Assembly (NCBI GenBank): GCA_964503935.1
Contig: CAZDCJ010000002.1
Span: 1 to 49,676, forward strand
DNA length: 49,676 bases
From: an uncultured Candidatus Saccharibacteria bacterium
GTDB taxonomy: Bacteria > Patescibacteriota > Minisyncoccia > JAHIHE01 > JAGLIN01
Reading direction: 5' to 3'
Made by a program: the position numbers and the translations under genes. Below, in pieces: positions 18,647 to 26,487 of this stretch. The notes under the pieces are model-generated. The model was not told the DNA's origin and made no database searches. It worked only from the letters and a program-made list of their open reading frames with translations. Position 1 is the stretch's first letter. Every line of letters begins with the position of its first letter.

Positions 18647-18982
18647 TCATATACATATTTGCTCCGCTTCCGCGATGCAGGCGTCTGTCGCGGTTATCAA
18701 GGAAGATGAAGCGTTTATCTTGATCGCATCATCACGACAAGACTCTCCGACTCTTCCCCTCCCAAAACGTATTATCTCCAGTTCCTCCAAAGACTCGAGT
18801 AAATCCGCATAATCATATCTTTTTCCGCCACTTCTCTTTTCCAGCATAGAAGAAGTGAAACTCTGTCCCGGAGCAATCTCGGTCTGATAATTGACAATCT
18901 GGCAAAATACCTCTTCGAGTCTTGCCGGATTCTCTCCGATGCCGTGTTCACTGATGGCATTCAAAAATAGCATTTTGTTCAA
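18647..18982 (-). CDS. Hypothetical small protein (111 aa)
   Basis: ORF with its own promoter and terminator. Confidence 0.5.
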   Translation of the reverse strand: MNKMLFLNAISEHGIGENPARLEEVFCQIVNYQTEIAPGQSFTSSMLEKRSGGKRYDYADLLESLEELEIIRFGRGRVGESCRDDAIKINASSSLITATDACIAEAEQICI

Positions 18983-19030
18983 TTGCGTACATACGCCCCC
19001 TTTAAAATAACCGTTTTTATTTCTGAAATA

Positions 19031-19059
19031 TTTTTATCATAAATGGATGTGTTTGTAAA
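19031..19059 (-). promoter_or_regulatory. Promoter for 18647..18982
   Basis: Minus strand TTTACA-17 nt-TAAAAA. Same architecture as 16758-16786. Confidence 0.45.
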
Positions 19060-19095
19060 GACACGGCTACGTGAATCGCGAAACTAAGCCTTGTT

Positions 19096-19263
19096 TGTCA
19101 TTCCGAGCCCCCGGATCAAGTCCGGGGCAGACTCCGGACGTGCCGAGGTCACAGATCGCCCGGAGGGTGGAATCCCTCTTTTAAAATAAAACTATACGAT
19201 AATGGGTAAGATAAGCGGTAATGAAGGGATCCCTCCACTTCGCTATCGCTCCGGTCGGGATGA
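19096..19263. repeat. MITE-like inverted-repeat element inserted inside a palindrome
   Basis: Termini gtcattccgag (19096-19106) and tcgggatgac (19254-19263). Internal ggaatccctc / gggatccctcc. Flanked by arms acgtgaatcgcgaaacta (19069-86) and tagtttcgcgattcac (19313-28). Confidence 0.65.
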
Positions 19264-19426
19264 CAAAAGGTAGAATTTATCACGATGTACAGGGCTTATG
19301 GTATGAATTTAAATAGTTTCGCGATTCACTTACAGCTGATTAAAAACACAAAATAAAAACCTCGATAACCAGTCTGATTACCGAGTAACTATTTGTAGCT
19401 CTCTGCATCTTATCTGCTCAAAGGAG

Positions 19427-19753
19427 TCAGCGAAGACAACATTCTCGGATTATTATTGCAGCACCCGCTGCTGCTTGGCTGCTTGGCGTACCTTCTTCTC
19501 CGCATTCTTCCATAAAAGATAATCGCGGATCCTTGCATATCGCAAATTTCTCGCTTACGGATATACAACCCGTAGCTTCATTGACAGAGATTGCTCCAAC
19601 ATTCTTCAGAATGCGGATTGCGTCACTTGCTATGTGGCCAAACCTTGAGCCTTTGACAGACTCGACTGTCGCTCCTTTGTCCTTTTCCATTTTCCGTATT
19701 TCAAACAGTACGCTTGCCACTACGGCAGAACTTATTACATTTGCGCCTTTCAT
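19427..19753 (-). CDS. Hypothetical small winged-helix-like protein (108 aa)
   Basis: SD agggaggg upstream of the ATG. Paralogous segment shared with ORF 16962..17765. Confidence 0.55.
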   Translation of the reverse strand: MKGANVISSAVVASVLFEIRKMEKDKGATVESVKGSRFGHIASDAIRILKNVGAISVNEATGCISVSEKFAICKDPRLSFMEECGEEGTPSSQAAAGAAIIIRECCLR

Positions 19754-19783
19754 CTTTGCGTTAACCCTCCCTTTATTGCCTAT

Positions 19784-19811
19784 ATATTATCACAAAATTA
19801 ATATTTATCAA
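19784..19811 (-). promoter_or_regulatory. Sigma70-like promoter for 19427..19753
   Basis: Minus strand TTGATA-16 nt-TAATAT. Confidence 0.45.
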
Positions 19812-19854
19812 GGTAAATTCCGTATAAAAATACGCATTCTCATGCGTCAATCCT

Positions 19855-20811
19855 TTACCACCTGTACACATCAAACACCCAGTCCACCAATCTTCCCATC
19901 TCCGTGAAACGGTTCTCGGCATTGAGGACCACCGAGATCACCTTGTGCTTTTTGTCCGCCGTTTCCGAAATCAGCAGGAGGCATTCCCCCGCGTCCAGCG
20001 TATATCCGGTCTTGCCGCCATAGATGTTCTCCCGCTGTCCGAGGAGCTCGTCGGTAGTCTTCACATGATGCGTCCGTTTCTTATCCAGTGAATAGACGGT
20101 CGCTTCAGGCAGGCGGGAGATTTCCCAGAGCTTGTCTTGAGAGAGCGCATAGTCCGCAAGTTGCGCCGTCTCGAATGCCGTCGAGCGATTATCCGCTCCT
20201 GCGCCGTCCAGTCCGGTCGGATTGATAAATACAGTGTTCTCGAGACCGAGTATCTTCGCTTTATCATTCATCATTACGACAAAATTTTCTACCGTCCCGC
20301 CCGTATGCTCCGCGAGTGCAACTGCTGCGGTGTTATTTGAATCAATGATCATGACCGTGAGAAGATCTCCGAGACGTATCTGCTCGCCCGCAGTGAGCCC
20401 GGCCTTGTCTCCGAAAGCCTCCATCGCCCGCGGCGATATCGTCACCGTCTCGTCTAGTGATTTATTTTCCAGTACCAGGAGCGCCGTCATCACTTTCGTG
20501 AGGCTCGCGATCGGCATCGGCTTCTTGGAATTCTTTTCATAAAGCGGATAATCCGTTCCCGCGTCCATCGCGAAAGCCGCTACAGCACCAAGATCCAGGT
20601 CCGCGCTCTTGGTCTTCTCCGGAAGCATTTCCAAGTCGGAACCCAGCTTGAGCTCATCCCCCCATAGAGGATCGTCTTCTCTTACCAAGTCCGTATCGAC
20701 AACATCCCAATCGACGAATTGCGCCAGAAAAGCGCTGCGGCTTTCTTCCGCACTCAAGAGATGGAATTGGTTGAATATCGCCAGGGCGATGATCGCGATT
20801 TGTTCAAGCAT
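19855..20811 (-). CDS. D-alanyl-D-alanine carboxypeptidase (S11, PBP5-like)
   Basis: SxxK (ASLTKVM), SxN (DSNNTAA) and KTG (GKTGYT) motifs. Confidence 0.85.
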   Translation of the reverse strand: MLEQIAIIALAIFNQFHLLSAEESRSAFLAQFVDWDVVDTDLVREDDPLWGDELKLGSDLEMLPEKTKSADLDLGAVAAFAMDAGTDYPLYEKNSKKPMPIASLTKVMTALLVLENKSLDETVTISPRAMEAFGDKAGLTAGEQIRLGDLLTVMIIDSNNTAAVALAEHTGGTVENFVVMMNDKAKILGLENTVFINPTGLDGAGADNRSTAFETAQLADYALSQDKLWEISRLPEATVYSLDKKRTHHVKTTDELLGQRENIYGGKTGYTLDAGECLLLISETADKKHKVISVVLNAENRFTEMGRLVDWVFDVYRW

Positions 20812-20842
20812 CGTAATTATGTTTCAGAAATTATCTGGTCCT

Positions 20843-20974
20843 GTCATTGCGAGGAGCCGCATTAGCGGTGACGCGGCAATCCCAGAACTACGATTTACTG
20901 GGCTTCTTGCGGCGTTATTATCTGCATAGGCTCGGGATGGCTACGCTCATCACAAGCTCCAAGCTCGCAATGAC
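20843..20974. repeat. MITE-like element with perfect 11-bp terminal inverted repeats
   Basis: gtcattgcgag (20843-53) and ctcgcaatgac (20964-74). Confidence 0.65.
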
Positions 20975-21068
20975 ATGTAGGGGCCGGACTTTGCATCTAG
21001 GAGTATAGGACTTTAGTCCGCACATTCTGGGTCCGCCAGCATGGGATAACAGCGCAGACTAAAGCCTG

Positions 21069-21722
21069 CTACTCCATTGCGGAATCAGGTTTTTTTTCAG
21101 TTGCCTCAATCCCCCGTTTTTCTTCCTCCGCTGTCTCCTGCTTCTCTGGCGCCTCGCCGCCGTCTTCATTCTTCATTATCCGTTCGGAGACAAGTTCCCT
21201 TTCCCGCATCTCCGCATACCGGGGCAGATCTTCGGCTTTTTCTATACCGAGATGCCGCAAGAAATCGAACGACATCTTGTAGAGGTACGACCGTGCATCA
21301 CTGGGATTGTCGATCTTCTCCACCAGGCCGCGGATGGCGAGCTGACGGAGTGTGAAACTCGTGTTCACCCCGCGGATTTCCTCAATCTCGGCGCGAGAGA
21401 GCGGACCACGGTAAGCGACGATAGAAATCGTCTCCAGCGCCGAGCGCGAAAGATCCCCTTCGATATCAATCTTCATCAGTTTCTCTACTGTCGGCGCGTT
21501 CTCGCCCGCCGTCACCATCTGCGCCTTATTGTCATTCACGATGATCCGCAAACCTCCCCGTCTCTCTTTGTAATCCTCAGCTAGCTGCGCTGCCGATTCT
21601 TTGAGGACGCCCTCCGTCTCCCCTGTCACTTTGCGGAGCTTCTCGAAGCTCATCGGCTCCCCCGAGACGAAGAGCAAGCTTTCCAAACGGGATTTGATAT
21701 CGCTTTCCATGGTGTTATTCAT
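21069..21722 (-). CDS. scpB: Segregation and condensation protein B
   Basis: LESLLFVSGEPMSFEKL and IVAYRGPLSRAEIEEIRGVN. ATGA overlap with scpA. Confidence 0.9.
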   Translation of the reverse strand: MNNTMESDIKSRLESLLFVSGEPMSFEKLRKVTGETEGVLKESAAQLAEDYKERRGGLRIIVNDNKAQMVTAGENAPTVEKLMKIDIEGDLSRSALETISIVAYRGPLSRAEIEEIRGVNTSFTLRQLAIRGLVEKIDNPSDARSYLYKMSFDFLRHLGIEKAEDLPRYAEMRERELVSERIMKNEDGGEAPEKQETAEEEKRGIEATEKKPDSAME

Positions 21723-22447
21723 ATTTTCTTAATGCTGATCTCTCCGAACATCTCTTCCTGATCGATCTCGGCCTGGTTCTTGCGTACCAGTTCCAGCATG
21801 GCAAGGAACGTGACCACAACCTCCATCTTATCCTTCTTGCCGGCAATGATGCTCTGGAAGGTCACCCGCATCCGGTCCCAGATATGCTGCTTAATCTCGT
21901 TGATCTTGTCGGTTATCGAAATTTTGATGATTTGCTTCCTTTCTCCGATCTCTTCCTTTACCGGCATCTTAGTGATCGCGACAGCGAACAATCCCTCCAG
22001 ATCGCCGAGCCGGAGGTTATCAGGCGGACAAAACACCGCCCCTACCCCCAGAAAACCCTGCCGATCATAGGATATGGATTTGCTTTCATAGAACGCTCGT
22101 ATCTGCGGAAAAACCTCTTTAAAACGTTTGTATTCGCGAAGCCTGCGCTTGAGTTCTTCAATATCTTCTTCTTCCTCCTTCTCGAGCTCGAGAAGCGGCA
22201 GTATCGCCCGCGACTTGATGAGTACCAGCTTCCCCGCGATAAGCAGAAATTCGGAAAGATGCTCCGGTCCGATGCTATCGCTGTTTTCTTGCATGTAATT
22301 GATGAACTGGTCTGCCACGCGGGAAAGCGAGATATCAGTGATATCAAGCTTATTCTTGAGTATCAGCTCCAAAAGCAAATCCATCGGCCCCTCAAAGACA
22401 TTCTCCTCAGAATTCCGGATTTTCTTGGCTGTTACGATATACGGCAT
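21719..22447 (-). CDS. scpA: Segregation and condensation protein A
   Basis: FEGPMDLLLELILKNKLDITDISLSRVADQF. Confidence 0.9.
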   Translation of the reverse strand: MPYIVTAKKIRNSEENVFEGPMDLLLELILKNKLDITDISLSRVADQFINYMQENSDSIGPEHLSEFLLIAGKLVLIKSRAILPLLELEKEEEEDIEELKRRLREYKRFKEVFPQIRAFYESKSISYDRQGFLGVGAVFCPPDNLRLGDLEGLFAVAITKMPVKEEIGERKQIIKISITDKINEIKQHIWDRMRVTFQSIIAGKKDKMEVVVTFLAMLELVRKNQAEIDQEEMFGEISIKKI

Positions 22448-22524
22448 ATATGCTTGGTTCGGCTAAAAAGACACCCTTGATTCAGCTTAAGAGACAGCGG
22501 GAAAACCCGGCTCAATCTTTATTT

Positions 22525-22553
22525 ATTCTATCAAAATCACCGCCTCCTGACAA
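22525..22553 (-). promoter_or_regulatory. Sigma70-like promoter for scpAB
   Basis: Minus strand TTGTCA-17 nt-TAGAAT. Confidence 0.5.
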
Positions 22554-22559
22554 ATCAAA

Positions 22560-22582
22560 GGTGCCTTATCTTTAAAGGCACC
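22560..22582 (-). terminator. Intrinsic terminator
   Basis: Minus strand ggtgcctt-taaagat-aaggcacc followed by TTTGATTTG. Confidence 0.5.
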
Positions 22583-22627
22583 AAAGGGGCTTTTGCTTAT
22601 TTCGACTTTTTATTTTTGACTTTCGCT

Positions 22628-22804
22628 TCACAGCCAATAAAAAACGACCCTGTTCTCCTGCGAAAAGTATGTTATTACTGCTCCGCTGAAACCCTCGGGG
22701 CCCATCGCATCCATTTCATCAATTATTGCCGAGATTAATACCTCGGCGCTCTCCCGGATATCTCCCGTGGTCGTGCCCGGAGCATCCTTCTCATATGCGA
22801 ACAT
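22628..22804 (-). CDS. Possible small protein (58 aa, below the track cutoff)
   Basis: Hand translation gives MFAYEKDAPGTTTGDIRESAEVLISAIIDEMDAMGPEGFSGAVITYFSQENRVVFYWL. Followed by a terminator. The SD is weak. Confidence 0.3.
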   Translation of the reverse strand: MFAYEKDAPGTTTGDIRESAEVLISAIIDEMDAMGPEGFSGAVITYFSQENRVVFYWL

Positions 22805-23061
22805 ACTAGACTTCTTTCTCTACCCCTCTTCCGTTCTCATGCGTGTCATCTCACGGATGGAGGCTTCCGTCATACACCCTGTCTCTACGAGAGATTGCTT
22901 CAAGAATTCTCTTATGGAGGCCGTCTCCGTAGGCCTTATGCCTATCAGACTCATCCTGATCTCTGGTCTATGCCGATCACTATATAGCTCTGCGGCAAAT
23001 ATGAGAAAGACCCGGCCTTACGGATATACGAGGTCACATCCTTTGATGCGTCAAGCAAATA

Positions 23062-23448
23062 TCATATTTTCGCGCTCCAGAGATCATGCAGATTACAATA
23101 AGTGCGCGCTTCCACATTCTCGCCCAAGACAGAGATGCAGAATTCCGCTTCAGGTTCGTCGCCCACCCGAAGCTCCCGCCGATAGACCCGGTCACCGGCA
23201 ATAAGCTCTATCCATTCGATATGATGTTCCGGAATCATCGGATGCCTCTCCGCCCCAATCCGCACGCGGTAGCCCGATTCCGTCTTCTCGATTACCGGTA
23301 CATGCTTTTCCGAACTGGCATCTACCGTATTGGGCATGAGCACGTACATCGGCTTATCGCAGCAAGACATCTCGCAGAACCCTCCGCGCACCGCTTCCAC
23401 CATATTCTCGCACGTCTGGCATTTATAGATGCGTCTTATCTCTGCCAT
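23062..23448 (-). CDS. dfx: Desulfoferrodoxin (2Fe superoxide reductase)
   Basis: N-terminal desulforedoxin-like Cys motifs (CQTCENM...CC) plus a C-terminal neelaredoxin-type domain (KHVPVIE...HPM..EHHIEWI...CNLHDLW). Confidence 0.9.
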   Translation of the reverse strand: MAEIRRIYKCQTCENMVEAVRGGFCEMSCCDKPMYVLMPNTVDASSEKHVPVIEKTESGYRVRIGAERHPMIPEHHIEWIELIAGDRVYRRELRVGDEPEAEFCISVLGENVEARTYCNLHDLWSAKI

Positions 23449-23506
23449 ATTTTTGCTTTAAAGATAAATAGAGACTTACCTCAAATTTCTTGAGAAAAAT
23501 TCCGGA

Positions 23507-24379
23507 CTACTCCTGGCAAGCGCGGCAGAAATTCGTTCCCCGCCCCGCAACTACAGTCCTCTGGACGATCCCACCGCAGCCGACACACGGCTTTCCCTGC
23601 CGCCCATAGATCTTAAGGAAATCCTGGAAGCTCCCCTTTTTGCCCGCAGCGTCCACATAATCGCTGAAGCTCGTCCCGCGCTTTTGCACCGCCTTCCGGA
23701 GAATGCGCTTAATCGAGCCATGAAGTATCTTGATTTCTTCGCGTGTAAGGCTCGCAACGCTGCGCATCGGCATGATTCGCGCGTCAAAAAGTATCTCATC
23801 CGCATAGATATTGCCGATGCCCGCGATACACTGCTGATTGAGAAGAAATGCCTTGATATTGGTCTTGCGCCCCTCCATGACTTCTTCCAACTTCCGCCAG
23901 GTGAATTTCTTATCGAGCGGCTCGGGACCGAATTTCGAAATCTTCGCCCGAAGTCCCGCTTTATCCACGATCTCAAGATATCCGAACTTGCGGCTATCGC
24001 AGAAAAGAAGCGCACCAGCATCCTTGAAACATAGTATGAAATGGCAATGCGTGTGCGCATAGCTCTTCTTGTGCGGATAGCTGTTTCCTCCCCACATAGC
24101 ATCGCATTCCTCGAAATACACCAGCCTTCCGGTCATCCCCAGTCTTGCCAGGAAGTAATCGCCGGTCAGCTCGCCATTCTCTCTCGCGATTTCAAAGATC
24201 AGCATCTTCCCCCTTCTCCCGATATCCGTGAACTTGTCTCCCCGAAGCGCCCTGGTGAAACGCAAACGCGGACTGCGCAGGACCTCCTCATTATTTATCC
24301 GCACGGACAAGACAGGCTTTTCCAAAACCTTTTCCAGGAGCCCTCGACGGATTGTCTCGATTTCGGGAAGTTCCGGCAT
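23507..24379 (-). CDS. mutM: Formamidopyrimidine-DNA glycosylase
   Basis: N-terminus MPELPEIETIRRGL. C-terminal zinc finger CVGCGG...FCRACQ. Confidence 0.9.
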   Translation of the reverse strand: MPELPEIETIRRGLLEKVLEKPVLSVRINNEEVLRSPRLRFTRALRGDKFTDIGRRGKMLIFEIARENGELTGDYFLARLGMTGRLVYFEECDAMWGGNSYPHKKSYAHTHCHFILCFKDAGALLFCDSRKFGYLEIVDKAGLRAKISKFGPEPLDKKFTWRKLEEVMEGRKTNIKAFLLNQQCIAGIGNIYADEILFDARIMPMRSVASLTREEIKILHGSIKRILRKAVQKRGTSFSDYVDAAGKKGSFQDFLKIYGRQGKPCVGCGGIVQRTVVAGRGTNFCRACQE

Positions 24380-24500
24380 ATGTGTATATTAAAGGTCTAA
24401 GAAGTATGGCATATTTATCACCTTCAGTAAAGAGTCCGACTGGCGAGATTTACCGAATCTTTAAGACAAAAAAATCTGATGGGAAATTATCCATCATTTT

Positions 24501-24677
24501 TTACCTTTTTGCGCCTTGCATCGTCTCAGGATCCATATCTTCCGGATCGAATTCTTTTGCTTCTGAAGCCTCTTCTTCGGAGTGTCCGTTACCCTGCATA
24601 GCTTCAAGCAGGTAGTGCATTTCTTCTTTTAAATCTTCGTCTTTTACCTCCTCCCCAATCATTCGCACCGGTCTCAT
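24501..24677 (-). CDS. Small acidic protein (58 aa, below the track cutoff)
   Basis: SD ggagga 7 nt upstream of the ATG at 24677. TTGACA box at 24738-24743. Translation MRPVRMIGEEVKDEDLKEEMHYLLEAMQGNGH... Confidence 0.4.
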   Translation of the reverse strand: MRPVRMIGEEVKDEDLKEEMHYLLEAMQGNGHSEEEASEAKEFDPEDMDPETMQGAKR

Positions 24678-24772
24678 TTTTCAATCCTCCATCACTCATT
24701 TTATTGATAGGATTAAAATAGTACCAAATAGCTTTTTTGTCAATAAATAAAAGCGATATGGAAAGTATCGCT

Positions 24773-25195
24773 TCAACTATAGACCACCTCCGCATATAGC
24801 GCTTCTCTTCTGCCTTGGAAAATCATCTTTATCGGATCCCTCTTATTTTCACTCGCCAAAGACGGTTTCTTCGGCGCTTCCAAATCCTGATCCTGGCCCT
24901 CCTTCTCGTCAGTGCCAGTTTCCCTGTCCTGCACCTTTTTCCGAAGAGAATTGGAATCCTTCCGCGACAAGGGATGCTTGAATTTAACCTCGAAAGAACC
25001 TTTGTCTTTTTTTCTTTCAATTTTCTTTTTCTTGATCCTCCCCCTTATCTCCTTGGCCATCTCATCAATATCCGTCTCTTTCAGTTCCGTCGCATCGTCC
25101 TTACGGACATTTTTTTCCGAAATTGCCCTCTTAAAGACCGATGTTTCTATCCGTCCGTTTCGCAGCAAGCTTTTACGCACTTCCATTATCTGCAA
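24773..25195 (-). CDS. Hypothetical Lys-rich protein (140 aa)
   Basis: ORF followed by a hairpin (aagcgata / tatcgctt) and a T-run. Confidence 0.45.
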   Translation of the reverse strand: MQIMEVRKSLLRNGRIETSVFKRAISEKNVRKDDATELKETDIDEMAKEIRGRIKKKKIERKKDKGSFEVKFKHPLSRKDSNSLRKKVQDRETGTDEKEGQDQDLEAPKKPSLASENKRDPIKMIFQGRREALYAEVVYS

Positions 25196-25305
25196 GAATA
25201 TGACCCCCCTTTCTTTTGAGAAAAATAATAACCGAATATCTCCCTTTTGTCAAAAAAAGACGCGACTGTAAGCCGCATCCTTCATATATAAAAATCCATA
25301 AATTC

Positions 25306-26319
25306 TTAAGCAATCTTCTTTTCGAGCTTGCCTGTCGGAATCTTCCCCAGGTCCTCGAATTTGTCGAATTCATCTACGATTTCCTCGCCGATGATCTCCT
25401 CGATCACATCCTCGATGGTGACGATTCCTACCACACCGTCCTTATTGTCGGCGACCACAAAAAGATGATTACGGGTACGCTTGAAATCATTTAGGAGGTC
25501 ATCAAGCCTCTTCTCCGGATTCACGAAGATGACGCTCCGCCTGGCCAGCTGCCCGGCGCTTTTCCCAGCAAGATCATGACCAACCATGTCTTTGACATAC
25601 AGGATGCCCACGATATTGTCCAGTGCCCCTTCATAAACCGGGATACGCGAATGGCCACACTCCCGAATCTCATCGATATTCGTATGATTCAAGTCCTTCT
25701 CGAAAGGCACCGCTGTCATCGCGGCCCGCGGCGTCATGATCTGCCTCGCGGTCTTATCTGAATAAGAGAGAGCTCCCTTCATGATCTTCTTCTCATCGCT
25801 ATCGATAGAGCTCTCCCTAAGCCCGCCCTGATACTCGATGAATTTTTCCAGCTCCTTCTTGGTATAGACGGTAGGAGTCTTCTCCCCCAAAAGCTTATCA
25901 AGAAATATCGAAAGCGGCTTCGCGACCGGATAGAATATGAAGATGAAGAACTCCGCAAGCGGAATAGTCTTCGAAGCCAGCTTGAAAGCATAGCGCGCGA
26001 AGATCGCCTGCGGCAGTATCTCGCCTATGATAACGATAAGAGCTGTCGAAATAAGGCTGGCAGCCACACTAGTGGTAAGGGTCCCTATATATACCGATAA
26101 GATCGAATTTACCGTCACATTTCCCAGAATCAGCGTACAAAGCAGGAGATTGCCTTTCTTCCGGACATTATAGATCCTTTCGGCAGTCTTATCGCCTAAC
26201 TCGGCCTTATACCTCAGATGTCCCTTCGAGAGAGTAAAGAGCCCCAAGGTAAGCCCGGAGAAAAGCGCCGAACAAGAAAGCAGCGCGGTTACAGGAAATA
26301 AGAGCGTAGCATCACCCAT
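25306..26319 (-). CDS. CNNM-type transporter (DUF21 membrane domain plus CBS pair; TlyC/CorB-like)
   Basis: Four N-terminal TM helices, then CBS-pair sequence (IMTPR..., VVDEFG-like VADNKDGVVGIVTIEDVIEEIIGEI). Confidence 0.85.
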   Translation of the reverse strand: MGDATLLFPVTALLSCSALFSGLTLGLFTLSKGHLRYKAELGDKTAERIYNVRKKGNLLLCTLILGNVTVNSILSVYIGTLTTSVAASLISTALIVIIGEILPQAIFARYAFKLASKTIPLAEFFIFIFYPVAKPLSIFLDKLLGEKTPTVYTKKELEKFIEYQGGLRESSIDSDEKKIMKGALSYSDKTARQIMTPRAAMTAVPFEKDLNHTNIDEIRECGHSRIPVYEGALDNIVGILYVKDMVGHDLAGKSAGQLARRSVIFVNPEKRLDDLLNDFKRTRNHLFVVADNKDGVVGIVTIEDVIEEIIGEEIVDEFDKFEDLGKIPTGKLEKKIA

Positions 26320-26365
26320 ATATATAGTTAACTGTTAAGGCCAGATAATCCGGCATTTAGCTCGT

Positions 26366-26394
26366 ATGATACCAGATTTTACGATATATGTCAA
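26366..26394 (-). promoter_or_regulatory. Sigma70-like promoter for the CNNM gene
   Basis: Minus strand TTGACA-17 nt-TATCAT. Confidence 0.55.
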
Positions 26395-26487
26395 ATATTT
26401 ACCGCCTCGAGAAAGATTTCCAAAAAAAGAAGCATCGCCTCTCGCGATACTTCTCATCCGGTCCTGTCATTGTGCTACGATTTCACC

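Noticed and set aside
22767-23204. 145-aa plus-strand ORF
   Set aside because: It overlaps dfx in antisense and crosses a non-coding spacer. It has no RBS or motifs.
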